DNA of 64,000 nucleotides from Takakia lepidozioides (GCA_030704615.1 CM060732.1:15004001-15068000); one strand, 5' to 3'; positions 50,875 to 63,014 are shown, counted from the stretch's first letter. Notes: generated from the sequence alone by a model not told the origin. Program-made: numbers and translations.

Positions 50875-51840
50875 GGAATTTGTTTGCTAGACCTGTTTGG
50901 AGGCATGAGCACTGGGCTTGCAGGAGTGTTGCAAGCTGGGATTAAAGTACGCAAGTACTTGTATGTGGAGAAGGATGAGATAGCTCGGGTATTTCTATGC
51001 GCCACATCGCCTTGCTCACACACTGGTATCCTGAGTTGTTGCCTCTCTCAGCAATTCAATAATATCAAAAGACCTTGCCAGCAGACATTACCTTGCTGGG
51101 GGCGGATGATTTGGACCGACATGGTGCCATTGACTTGGTGATAGCTGGATGGCCTTGCCAATGACACTCTCCCGCAGGTCATGGGAACGGCTTGCATGAT
51201 GCACGATCGCATTTGTTTTGGGAGATGTTGAGAATGTTGCGTGACTTGCAGACGAGGCAAGTGCAACCTCTAGCCTATATCTTGGAGAATGTTCCTTTTA
51301 TAGGGGACTCTCGGGCCAGGGTTTGGGCCAGTGTGCATCAGGTGCGGTCTTGGATTGGAGCGGCGGTGTTATTGGATGCAGTAGCGGTGGGATCACGAGC
51401 GCATCGACCTTGATTGTGGTGGACCAATCTTGCACCACCAGAGCTGCTCAAGAGAGCATACGATTCCATTCAACGGCCACCCAATCTCACAGTTGAGGGC
51501 ATTTTGGACCATGGGAGGCAACCACAGAGGGTGCGACATGATGACCATCCACCTCTAGCAGTGGTAAATCGAGTGGGGCAGCCACGTGTGGCCTTGCCTA
51601 CGCTCATGAGCTTTCCCTCGTCTCATGTTTTTTGAGACAATGGTCCTGGGTTGATTTGGGACAGTGTGCTACAGCAATTGGTGGAGCCCAATACAGATGA
51701 GCGAGAGCGGGCAATGGGATTTGCCACGGGCACCACAGCTGTGCCAGCTCTGTCAGAGGCATCACGCCGACATGTGTTGGGTCAAGCAATGGATCTAAAT
51801 TGCTTGACATGGGTCATTGGCTTGTGCATGGCTGAGCAAC
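50875..51840 (+). pseudogene. C5-cytosine DNA methyltransferase domain (DNMT3/DRM-like, unpermuted) inside pol
   Basis: Motif I LDLFGGMSTG, II YVEKD, IV LVIAGWPCQ, VI YILENV, VIII AHRP(R)LWWTNL, IX ERERAMGF, X RRHVLGQAM. Confidence 0.92.
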
Positions 51841-52357
51841 GGAGGTTGGAGATAGTGGTGGCTACTTCTGCACTCCCATTTGGTATTGTATCCCCTCTGC
51901 CAACCGGGACGGTTGAGGTAGTGAGTGGGGGCGAGCACAGGATCATGGGGTGCAAACACCCATGGCAGATGTGGGATGAGATGTGGAAAGAGAGAGTCAT
52001 TGGATCTCTCAAGCAGCAATATGAGGAGTGGGGAGAGCCATACACTGAGGATCAATTGGAGGCCAAGGTGGCCAATATTTTTGAAGAGGTTGAGAATGTT
52101 TCTTCCCAAGAGGATGTTCTCAAGGTGGTTATGGCAGAGCAAGTGGAGGCTAGCCACAGTCAGATTGGGCGGACAAGGCCTAAGAGGTTGCTATCTAGCA
52201 ACCAAAGGATTCGTCTCCTACCTCCAAGCCTGATGTACCCAAGGTTGCAGTCACTGAGGACAATTGGGAACCAGATATTGGACCTACAGTCACCGGAGGA
52301 GAGAGACAGAGGATCCAACGATTTCTAAGGGCTTATAGAAATTGCTTTGCCTTTAGT

Positions 52358-55325
52358 TTGAAGGATTTGGGGAGTTTGAAGGGTCAGGAGATTCGTATTG
52401 ATTTGGCAAGTGACACGCCAATCTTTCGAAGGCCCTACCGGTATAGTGACATGGAGAGGTCATTGATCCAGTCACGGACTATGGAGTTGTTCGAAGCTGG
52501 ATTGGTGGAGTTGTCAGGCGGCGAGTATGCCTCGGCAACAGTGATGCCAGCTAAGAAGGATATCTATGGCAATTGGACAGAAAGAAGGATGTGTGGGGAC
52601 TATCGTCCTGTGAACCGTCAGACTAAGTCCAATAGATATGCCATGCCAACTCCAGAGGAAATATTTGATGCCATTGGGCATGCGAAGGTGTTTAGCACAT
52701 TGGACTTGCGATCCGGTTTCCACCAGTTGCCAATCAAAGAGGCTGACAAGCAAAAGACGGCATTCTGGGGGATTGACCAACATGGGAAGGATTGCTTGTA
52801 CCAATGGCACTTCCTACCGTTTGGGGTGAAGAATGCTCCTGTAGAGTTTCAGAGGGTTATGGATAGGATTCTTGCGGGGCTAAACTTTGCCCGGTGTTAC
52901 ATTGATGACATCATCGTTTTTAGTGCTACGGTTGAGGAGCATGAGAGACACCTTCAGGTGGTGTTTGAGCGCTTGAGAGCGCATGGGTTGAAATTGCACC
53001 CTGGGAAGTGCAAGTTCTTCCACAATCAGATTGAGTATCTGGGCCACATGATATACCCTGGAGGATTGGGTGTTCAAAAGACGAAGGTGGAGGCCATTGC
53101 ACGCATTCCACGCCCCATAAATGTTAGCAGAGTTCGTACTTTCATGGGGTTGGCAAACTACTATCGACGGTTTGTCAAGGGATTTAGCAGCATTGCAAAG
53201 GCTCTTACTAAGTTGACCAAGGTGGGTCAGGAGTGGCAGTGGGAGGAGGATCAGGAGGAAGCCTTTGAGGAACTCAAGGCTTGATTGACTTCTGTACCTA
53301 TTCTGAAGCGGCCTATTCGGGGGCGGCCTTTCCAGCTACATACGGATTGGAGTATGCTGGGGATTGGAGCAGTGCTCACATAGATGGATGATGAGGGAAG
53401 AGAGTTCGTAGTGGCATATGCTAGCCGCTCAAACATTGATGCCAAGGTGAAGTATAGTTCCTATGAAGGGGAGTGTTTAGCTGCGGTATGGGCAGTGGCA
53501 CATTTCAGATACTACCTCTATGGCAATCTCTTCACCCTTGTCACGGATCACGAACCATTGAAGTGGTTGATGGAGTCAGACAAGCTTATGGGGAAGCTTG
53601 CACAGTGGGCACTTATGCTTCAAGAATACGACTTTCAAGTGGTGCATCGAGCCGGTATTGTCAATCGGGATGCAGATGGATTGAGTCGTAATCCATGCAC
53701 GAGCGAGCATGATGATACTGGAGCTCGGTGGCATGGTGAGACGGATAAGGAGATGGTGCCAGGATGGCATGCATCTGCCTTTTTGTGCATCCTAGCAATG
53801 GGAGCTCAAGCTGGTCCATCCCATAGCATTGGTCATGTAGATGGTGTGCATGACAATCCAGAGATCAGTGAGGAGCTTGGTGGTGCTAAGGATGTGCATG
53901 AAGATGCAGCAGTGTTGGCCTACCTTCGTACTAGAGAGACAACAGCCAGTGTGACTGCTAAGGAGAGAGATTGGATCTTACAACGAGCCAAGAGGTTCAA
54001 GTGGGAGGGGACTCACATACTCTGAGTATGGGAGGATGGACGAATGAGGATTGTGCCTCATCCAACACAACGAGTGCGATTGGTACGCCATGCCCATGAG
54101 GAGTTGGGACATTTTGGGGTGCGGCGCACTCATAGTTTGCTGCAAGGACAGTATTGGTGGCGGGGCATGCACACGGATGTGCAACAGTTAGTGGCAAGGT
54201 GCATGGTGTGTGATAGAGTGCGAGCTTCTTTCAATGCACCTACTCCACAATTGCATCCTTTATCCATTATGGGTTTGGGCTATCGTTGGAGTCTTGATTT
54301 TGCAAGCCCATTGCCACTAACGATTCGCCATAACAAGTATGTGTTGGTGATGGTGGAACATTTCTCCAAGTGGATTGAACTGGTGGCATTGCCTAACAAT
54401 GCAAGTGAGGGGGCTGCATTTGCATTCTTAGATCGAGTGCTTAGTCAATTTGGTGCTCCAGCCGAGGTACTCACGGACCAGGGGAGAGAGTTCTTGGTGT
54501 AAGCAAGCCTTGATAGATCACCGCACTACTTCTCGGGATCATCCTGAGGCTGATGGCCTGGCAGAGAGGGTTGTACAAACAGTCAAGCGAGGTTTGCGCA
54601 AGTATGGTTTGCAGAAGGGACACTTAGGAGATTGGGACCTTCAGCTACCTTGGTTGGCCATGGGCTACAGGTTTAACAAACAAGCATCACTTGCCTCGCT
54701 CTCGCCTTATTTCCTTCTCTTTGGCCGAAAGCCAGATTTGTCTGCATCTATTCACAGGGAGACTGCAATAGTTCTCAACCTTGATGATCCGGACGTGTGG
54801 ACACAAGCATGTGCCCAGCGGGCAGAGTTGTTCAAAAGAGTCATGCATATGGCTTTTGAGAACCTTGCTATTGCCCAACATCGAGACACATTGAGGTACG
54901 CCACTATACGTGGAGGGGGATATCGGCCAGGTATTCGGCGTTTCCACCTTGGGGACTATGTGTATCTGCAACAGACAGCGCCTACGACTTTGGATGTCAC
55001 AGCAGGGCGTGTGATTCTAAAGGTCCGGGAGGTGTTGCCTTCAGGAGTGTTGATTCTGGAGGGTCGAGATGGCATGGTATGGAAGGACCATGTGCGCAAT
55101 TGTGCGCCATGTCACCTTCCACATGCGGATGGGATGATAGATCCCAACCTTGCAGTGGTATTTGCAGGGTTGCGTTGCATGCTATGTGGGCATGCTGGTG
55201 GTGCCACGACCATGTTGGTGTGTGACAAATGCTCAAGGGGGTGGCACATGGGATGCTTGACACCGCCACTTGAGGAGGTTCCTAGTGGGGAATGGTTGTG
55301 TCCACGATGCCTTGGACATAGGTAG
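52358..55325 (+). pseudogene. RT, RNase H, DDE integrase and C-terminal PHD finger (55176-55310)
   Basis: CGDYRPVN, LDLRSGFHQ, YIDD, HTDWS, HEELGHFG...CMVC, WSLDF...TDQGREF...LAER, CMLC...CDKC...HMGC...WLCPRC. Confidence 0.95.
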
Positions 55326-55579
55326 TGGGCATGACAGTGGTGGAATTGACAAGTGATCCAAGGTCTAGCTGATGGGAGCTCAACGCCATGGATACTTAAG
55401 TGAATATCATGGATTGCAGGAAGGCGAGTAGCGATGGGGCTACTTTTGCACCCGGCCTCTTGATCTATTGACTTTAGATACTGGGACATGTGCGATTGAA
55501 GACCAAGCGATGATTTTATTGAGATGGATACTTGTCAGCTATCCGGTGTTAGAAGGACCTAATCACCAGCTAGGGGGGC

Positions 55580-56124
55580 GATTGTGGCATAGCTTTCTAG
55601 GATTGTGTGCTTAGAATGTATGGTGGACAGCAATGTATGTTGTGGTGCGATGCTTAGGTACACGACAGCTGTCATGGTTTTAGTCATGATTAACTAGAAT
55701 TACCTATTTCTAGTTAACTAGGACATTTTGGATATTTATATTTGTATTTTGTGTGTTGGGACTTCATTTGGTCTCACATGCCAAGTGAGGTGTCAAACCT
55801 CACTTGGGACATGGGGATGGGTTTTCCCCTTGTGAGTGTTGAGGAGGGCTCATCTTTTTGTAGTTGAGCCTCCATGAGCCTCTCCCACCTCCATAGCTCT
55901 AGGTATTGAGAGGGAGTGTGGTGAGGGCTTTGTAGGGTGGATTCCTTTAGCAAAGGTGCCCTTGGCTTGACTTAGTTTATGTGATTGAGTGGATTCATGA
56001 GTAGAGTGTTGCCATTGTGTGTTCACTTCCATTATCGATTGTGGCATAGCTTTCTAGGATTGTGTGCTTAGAATGTATGGTGGACAGCGATGTATGTTGT
56101 GGCACGATGCTTAGGTGCACGACA
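55580..56124 (+). repeat. 3' block B1 (55580-55667) - GC - A2 (55670-56036) - B2 (56037-56124), preceded by PPT-like AGGGGGG
   Basis: B1 and B2 are 88 bp with 4 mismatches. Confidence 0.95.
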
Positions 56125-56396
56125 CATCCCTCCATCTTCTGTTCATCCACCTTACATCCCTCGATTTGTCATCCATCTCCTGATTTTCATCCATGGGTAC
56201 ATGACCAACTTAAGTTGGTACATGAAGTTGGGTACATGATTCGTTTAAATTCACATGAATGATTATCCTCATCCATGGACATTCATCCGGTTGGAGAGAT
56301 TGATCGCCACCCTCGATCGGCTAACATCCAACGGTCCATATTTACCCTTGTGCTTAAGTTAAATTCCACGTCTGTGCTTTTTCGAGTTCGGGGAGA

Positions 56397-56995
56397 GGTT
56401 CCCGTGCTTGAAGTAGCGAGTTGTAGCGTTGTCTTGAGAGTCGTCTGCTGGTGAGATCCTCCAGCAATATTAGGCATCCCTCTCATGGATTTCGCAGAGT
56501 TCATGGTGAAGTACAGTCCAAAGCCCTGCGGGTGTCTGTGCTTGGTCATCATAACGAGATCGCGTTCTAGCAGAGAGAGGTTGCTTCAGTTGGGGGCCGA
56601 GGGAGCTGATGGTAAGCGCGGTCGTGCCATCCTTCATATTATGGAGCAGGGCAGCTCGGTAGGCGGAGGAGGGACCGATATCGGGTTTGGGAGTGACATA
56701 TTTCATAGAATTAGGCAAAGCGTAGCTTAGAAGAATCACAAGAGAGAGGAAGTATAAGGCGTGATAACGACTATCCTTATCATGGCAACAACGCTACACA
56801 ACAACGCAACAAACACGGAGCATGCCCATGGCGGCTGCCACACCTAAAACTAGAAACAGGCTAAAACAGCGGTGACGCTAAGAGAAGGCTCTAAAAAACA
56901 AATAGAAAGATAAGAAAAAGTCGGAACCCTAGAGGACTAGTCATGACTAAAAGTAGCGAAAAAACAAGCGGGAGGGCGGAGCTCCGCCCCTCTCA
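56397..56995 (-). mobile_element. Possible LINE 5' end / ORF1 start
   Basis: GGCGGAGCTCCGCC palindrome followed by a T-rich leader and a low-complexity ORF; weak. Confidence 0.35.
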
Positions 56996-57457
56996 GCACT
57001 CACGACCTCAAGGGAAGTTAAGCCAAAAATATTTGGAACCAACCTATAAGGTGACGACACTAGACCCATTTTCTGTCCTTGTATTTCCTGCCTTCTCCTG
57101 TAGTATGACTTGCCCCTGCGAGTCATGTTTTAGATATAGATGGTGCGTCTTTTATTTCCGGTGTAGGGTCCTCCGAATCTCAAAGATATTCAATCCTTTT
57201 CATTGCTATTTGCTCCGGCCGGGTTGAGCCGAGATCCTCTCTTAGAAAATAGAATTGCTATTCAAGCCGATGTCCTTTTTAGAAATAGCTAGAGTATGGT
57301 CCTCTGAGGTGCAGAATGTATCCAATCCTTTCCCGCTGATGTACGAGCATAGGCTCAAAGTATTTCTAGGACCGTAGTGGAATTAAAAACCAATCTGACA
57401 AATATCATATTTTCTTCCATCATCTAGGGGATTCAAACCCAGTCCGGTGGGGGAGAA

Positions 57458-57666
57458 TGGATGGTTTTGAAATGTTTTTATCTGGAACTCAAACTCTCTC
57501 CGAAGAGGGAGAGAGGATGGTTTTACAAATTTATTATCTAGATTTCAGCTGAGGGAACTCAAACTCTCTCCGAAGAGGGAGAGGGGATGGTTTTACAAAT
57601 TTAATATCTGAATTTCTGCTCAGGGAACTCAAACTCTCTCTAAAGAGGGCGAGTGGATGGTTTTGA
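57458..57666. repeat. ~60-70-bp tandem repeat (3 copies)
   Basis: GGAACTCAAACTCTCTCCGAAGAGGGAGAG...GGATGGTTTT units. Confidence 0.85.
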
Positions 57667-57949
57667 GACTTGGTGATCTGTTTTTTTTTCTTTGATAAAG
57701 AAGTCACACCAAAACAATGTACATTTGTACAGCCAACAAGTAGTGCCACTGTTAGATTTTCAGCTTAAAGTGTACAACCAAAGATTCTAGGTTCTTTCAC
57801 ACTCGGGATGAGTGTTCCCCATTGGTCGCCATATATGTCGATCAATTTTTCGGATCATAATTTAGAATAGCAATGTACATTAGTATATATTTTATGAAGT
57901 TTAGTACAAAATCATAGTAAGAAATCATAAATAAAATGGAATTCTAGCA

Positions 57950-58680
57950 ATGGCAGAGCCGGAGGACCAATCGAATGACAGCTCCTTGATTCCGAGATCG
58001 ACAGACCATGTGGCATTGGAGTGCATCACGCGGGTACCTCGCTCATAGTATTTGCCGTTGAAAGGTGTGTGTGAGAAATGGCAGAATGCCTTATCGATTG
58101 TCGATGACGAAGAGATCAAGGAGGAATGGGTTTACATGCTGGCTGGGCTTGCATACAATGAACAACCTCTCATAAGTGCACGGAAGTGGTGGGCGTTTGA
58201 TTCCGTTAATACGCGGTGGCGATGTCTGCCAGACTACCCTTTGGATTATACCTTTGAAGTTTCTGACAAGGAGTCGGCAATTACACGAACTCAGCCTTTG
58301 GTTTGTGGACAGTACTCTAGAGGCTTCATGGTATGGAGGTATGATCTAGAAATCAACGAATAGTCTTCAGCGCCAAGAATGATTCAGGATCGATGTCTTT
58401 TTAGATCAGCAAATACAGGAAAATTTAATGCCATTATTGCATGAAGTGGTTTCTTGGGGTATTCAAACTTGAAAGAGCTGTAAGAAGGGAATGTGGGAAT
58501 GTCTTTGGAGGGTCTCCTCTGCATGATATTCATCCTTGTGTTCCCTGCCTGTCTAGAATATCTGGACGAATTTTTTTTCATTACTGGAGTGTGAAAGGGT
58601 AGGATCAACATGGAACCCCCAGGCTTCCTTTCATCCAGTGTGCAAGGAATGTTCATAAGACCATATATGCCCGCCAAAAA
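57950..58680 (+). pseudogene. F-box/kelch-repeat protein pseudogene (SKIP11-like)
   Basis: SLIP..TDHVALECITRVP (F-box), EEWVYML, WWAFDSVNTRWRCLP, SDKESA, RCLF.SA; in-frame stops and a deletion. Confidence 0.8.
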
Positions 58681-58986
58681 AGACCACGACTCTGCCGAGT
58701 AAGAGACCTAACTATGTATCCCACTCCATTCGGGGAGTTTGGGAAGGTCGGAAAACCGGACACGGTGGGAACAGCCAATCGTGTGAGATCGCGGGAGGCT
58801 TGGAGAGGAAGGAAGTGGCTGGCTTGGAGAGTAAGGAAGTGGCTCGATTGGATGTAGACACCTGTACCCCTAGGCTAACATAGAAGTAGGAGGGTGGGCC
58901 CTCCTTCTACTTCTGGAGCTTTCCAGAAACGTGGCCCCCCCCTTCTAGAAGGCTCCACCACCGCCTTAAGAGAGTATATAAAGAGG

Positions 58987-59174
58987 TAAACAACCAACAT
59001 GTAGCCCAGTGGTAAGGGCATATACCCTCTTACGGTTGTGGGTTCAAACCACCCTGTTGGTTGTTACAAAAGTGTCCACCTTCCTACCGGAAGGCAGTAG
59101 CCCTTCTGGGTCAAGTGACACCATAAGTTACGCTTGCTTCGGCAACGCGTCCACCTTTTAAAAAAAAAAAAAAA
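58987..59174 (+). mobile_element. SINE copy 4
   Basis: A box, B box, structured tail, TTTT plus poly(A), TSD TATAAAGAGG. Confidence 0.9.
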
Positions 59175-59385
59175 GTATAAAGAGGGCAAGGGGTACACAT
59201 TTTACAAGGTTTCTTCTGCCTCCCTTTGGTGTGCTCTACAAGAAGGGCTCTCTTAGAAAATTAAAATTTGGAACCTGAACCATCTTCAATTAAGTAGAAG
59301 TGCTACTATCTACGAAACCGACTAAAACGACTAACCCACTAGTGATTACTGACTACAACTGTTAGTAACTTCAAAAGTGCACTTA

Positions 59386-62100
59386 GGCCCTAGCCGCACC
59401 AGCTTGCTATCGCCTGCTACGTATAGGGTAATGCCCTGAGTGGAGGGCATTACCCAGCGTAAAGAAATGCCAATTTAAAAATTAATAAAAATTAATAGCC
59501 AGTGCATTCTGCATTCCGGAATGCACTCGAGGGAGCTGATGGGGTGCATTCCGCTAGGTGGAATGCGCACCCCGATGAATTCTGCTTTTTAACTGCACGA
59601 TATATACAAACTATTTTTTGTGGCAATGCTTTACGCTAGTGTTGACAACTGCTATCCAGTGATTTCCGGCTGCACTGCCCTCCTCTAGGAATTTTAGTGC
59701 TAATTAATGTTATCTTCCCCTTTCTGGTTTAAGGCGAATTTAACGCCCCCCCCCCCCCCCCCCGCCCCCCCAATTCAATATATGAATCGAGACGTTTGTT
59801 TTGTTTTGTTTTGTTTTGTTTTGTAGCGTCCTTGAATCTCCCAAATCGCGGGGCCCCAGCCCCGGTACTTGGTGCCGTTGGAAAGCCCTCGATGAAGAGG
59901 GGTGCACCGGCTTGGTCTCTTGATTTTTGGATCCGCGGTGTGGGAGATGTGGAATTTCAAGTACTTTGGGTCGCTGGAAATTCGGGAAAATAGCAAAGTG
60001 GGCTTTCCTGGAGCAGTGATTGGCCCTTCACGTGGCAGATGTGGAATTTCAAGTACTTTTGGTCATTGGAAATTTGCGAAAAAATAGCAAAGTGGATATA
60101 TCAATATATGATGCCTCGACAGGGGAGATTGCAAAAATAGCAAAGTGGGCTTTGGGATCGCACTTGGACTTAGATGGCATTGGACACTGGAGGTCGCACT
60201 TGGGCCTCAACATGGTAGAAACACTTGGATACATAGGAGATTGCATTTGGGCAAGTAGATTTCAATTCTTTCCACATGGGCCAATGGCACGAGCTACCCT
60301 AGATCTCCCAAATTGCGGGGTCTCCAGATACATAGGGGATTGCACTTGGACTTAGATGACACTGGACGCTTGGGCCAACGGCATAGGCTACCCTAGAGGT
60401 TGTACTTGGGCCTCAACATAGGAGATGCTCTTGGATACATAGGGGATTGCACTTGGATTTAGATGACACTAGACACTTGGACCAACGGCACAGGCTATCC
60501 TAGAGGTCACACATGGGCCTCGTGCATAGGAGATTGCACTAGGGCTTAGATGACACTGGACACTTGGACACTTGGGCCAACGGCACAGGCTACCCTAGTC
60601 AATATATGAAGGAAGCCAGTTTGTTTTGTTTACGTTGAGATGTCCCAAACCGCAAGGCCCCAGCCCTGGTGACGAGGAGGGGTGCACGGGCTTGGTCTCA
60701 TGATTTTTGGACCTGCGGTGTGGGAGATGTGGAATTCCAAGTACTTTTGGTCGCTGGAAATTCACAAAAAATAGCAAAAATGGCAAAGTGGGCATTCTTG
60801 GACTATGGTTGGAGCCTCAACGGGAGAGATATCAAGGGAAAGGTCTCCGGTTCAAATCTGGTCGTAGGCTCTGTGAAAAAAAACTTAGATGACATTGGAC
60901 ACTTGGGCCAACGGCAAAGGCTACCCTAGAGGTTGCATTTGGGCCTCGACATAGGAGACGCACTTTGATACATAGGGGATTGCACTTGGACTTAGATGAC
61001 ACTGGACACTTGGCATAGGCTACCCTAGTCAATATATGAAGCGAGACGTTTGTTTTGTTTTGTTTTGTTTGTTTTGTCACGTTGAGATGTCCCAAACGGC
61101 AAGGCCCTAGCACTGGTGCTTGGTACCGTTGGAAAGCCCTCGACGAGGAGGGGTGCATGGGCTTGGTCTCATGATTTTTGGACCTGCAGTGTGGGAGATG
61201 TGGAATTTCAAGTACTTTGGGTTGCTGGAAATTCACGAAAATAACAAAGGGGGCATTCTTGGGACAATGGTTGGAGCCTCGACATGAGAGATATCAAGGG
61301 AAAGGTCTCTGGTTCAAATCTGGTCGTAGGCTCTATGGAGAAAAAATGATGAGATATGGCTAAAACGAATTTCAAGTACTTTTGGTTGCTGGACAATGAT
61401 TGGAGCCTCAACATGAGAGATATCAAGGGGAAGGTCTTTTGTTCAAATCAGGTCGTAGGTCCCGTGGAAAAAAATGATTAGATATGGCTTGCTTCATATA
61501 TTGATGCACTTGGACTTAGATGACATTGGACACTTGGGCATGTTTTCGCGCTTGCTTGTCTTCCACTACACGAGCATACTTGAGCCTTGCGCTCTTGAAC
61601 TCTTGCCCATCATGAGCATCTCCCACTGGGCACCGCAGACACCAGCCCAACATGGCATTGTTGCACTGCACCCCAATCCCTCGGATTTAGTGCTACGTAC
61701 ATGGTAGATTGGCAGAGCAACGTCAGAAGCTATCCTCAGTGCTCGGCTTTCCTTGCAGGCAGCCGCCTCTTCAACAAACACCCAACACAGATCTCTCTCT
61801 AAATTGCTCCCACATTCTCCAGGGACCAATTCCTCCTCAACAGCTTGTCTTGCATGCATTATCTGTTTCAGCCAAAGTCATCAATCCTACAAATCAACAC
61901 ACGACCTTATGCTTCGGCTATGGTGTGGAGGAAGGAGGCTAGCTAGGGACGAGTGTTTACAACTAACATTATGTTCTAACATGTGTTAACCTAAAATTTG
62001 TTGCGGCTGGGGTACTTTTAGCTGGAGCGACAGTTAGGAAAGCAGGCCGGTTAAGCCATTAGCAGGCATGCTACACTAGCAGCCTGGTGCGGCCGGGGCC
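59386..62100. mobile_element. PIF/Harbinger non-autonomous element (same TIR family as 33222-33744) with nested insertions
   Basis: GGCCCTAGCCGCACCAGCTTGCTA ... TAGCAGCCTGGTGCGGCCGGGGCC; flanks TTA / TAA. Confidence 0.75.
59775..61540 (+). mobile_element. Head-to-tail array of non-autonomous Helitron-like units
   Basis: 5' TCAATATATGAA at 59775, 60599, 61029; 3' hairpin CTTGGGCCAACGGCACAGG plus CTACCCTAG; CTAG|TC junctions. Confidence 0.7.
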
Positions 62101-63014
62101 TAATAATGTTATCCCTATCATGGCCAACATGTCTTAGACCGGCGGAAGGAGATCTTGCATGAAACCTATTGCAAAGTGTTGTAAATGGTAATCTCCATAA
62201 GCCTCAACTTTGGGGAAACTTTGCAGTACTCCAGGTCTTCCAAGCTTCGATAGCCTTTGTGAGCACACCCCACATTCAAGATGTCAACCATAATACTTCA
62301 CAAATGCTTGAGGTTGCAAACTTAGTGAGGGTGACGAGTAAGAACACTGCACATGCTAACGTATATGATGTCCTGTTCGCATAGGTTTTGCACTGAGGTA
62401 TACTATGAATGCTCTGGATGGACTCTCCTCCATGTCTTGGTACTTGCAACCCATCCACATTCATTCCAGCAGTCCATCGCATCACTTGTACATCCCTCAC
62501 AAGGTCAAATCACGGGAACACTGTTCCAAAGCTACTATGCACGGAGTTTCAACATAGACATGATCTACCACTGGAGTCTGATTAGAAGTGCTGTGGTGTG
62601 TCGGATTGAGTGTTGGAGGTGTTCATCTTGATTGGTGGTCTGAATTGTGCAGGACAGACTACACTAGAGATCAGCTCATAAGTGAGCTGGCAAATGGAAC
62701 CAAGGTGTTGTTCTGGATGGGCCGACAATCCCGCTGCTCCACATTGCTTTAAGCACCAATGGCCTCCTGTCTCTATCAGGCTGCATCCTCAGGGCTCTGC
62801 AGCCGTGCCCCGAAGGAGTGCAGTTCGGACTTGGAAGCCAACCGAGTGTGCCCAACTGAGCGTGCCTGTAGCCCCCCACCCATTGCGATGCCAATGGGAG
62901 ACAATTTTCTAGGTTGGGGGATGCCAAAACGCATCAAAATTGAATAATGGTCTCATACAAAAGGAAGCCAATGCTATGGACAGCGACCCATCGTCACAAA
63001 AGTAGAGGGCACAC

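Larger units (their letters stand above)
45089..56124 (+). mobile_element. Ty3/Gypsy-type retrotransposon with C5-DNA methyltransferase, PHD finger and split direct repeats
   Basis: Termini TGTCATG...CACGACA; 4-bp TSD CATC, confirmed by the empty site in the left palindrome arm; gag-PR-DNMT-RT-RH-IN-PHD order. Confidence 0.92.
42094..56477. repeat. Long inverted duplication: left arm 42094-43667, 160-bp spacer, right arm 43828-45088 plus 56125-56477 (split by the Gypsy-type element)
   Basis: Arm-by-arm reverse-complement match with scattered mismatches. Confidence 0.92.

Noticed and set aside
50875-51840. Bacterial restriction-modification gene or host DRM/DNMT3 gene
   Set aside because: It is collinear with protease and RT inside pol, intronless, and bounded by the element's repeats and TSD.
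45089-56124. DIRS/Ngaro tyrosine-recombinase element
   Set aside because: Despite the split repeats it has an aspartic protease, an HHCC-DDE integrase, TG..CA ends and a TSD; no YR motifs were seen.
59072-59122. Hammerhead ribozyme in the SINE/LINE tail
   Set aside because: The 3-way topology is similar, but the core reads CAGUA/(G/C)AAG rather than CUGANGA/GAAA.
58863-59196. Solo LTR (TGTACCCCT...AGGGGTACA) around SINE copy 4
   Set aside because: Inverted termini and a TATA box are present, but there is no matching TSD and no second copy in the window.
61566-61859. Captured gene fragment inside the Harbinger element
   Set aside because: No recognisable protein motif in the frames examined.
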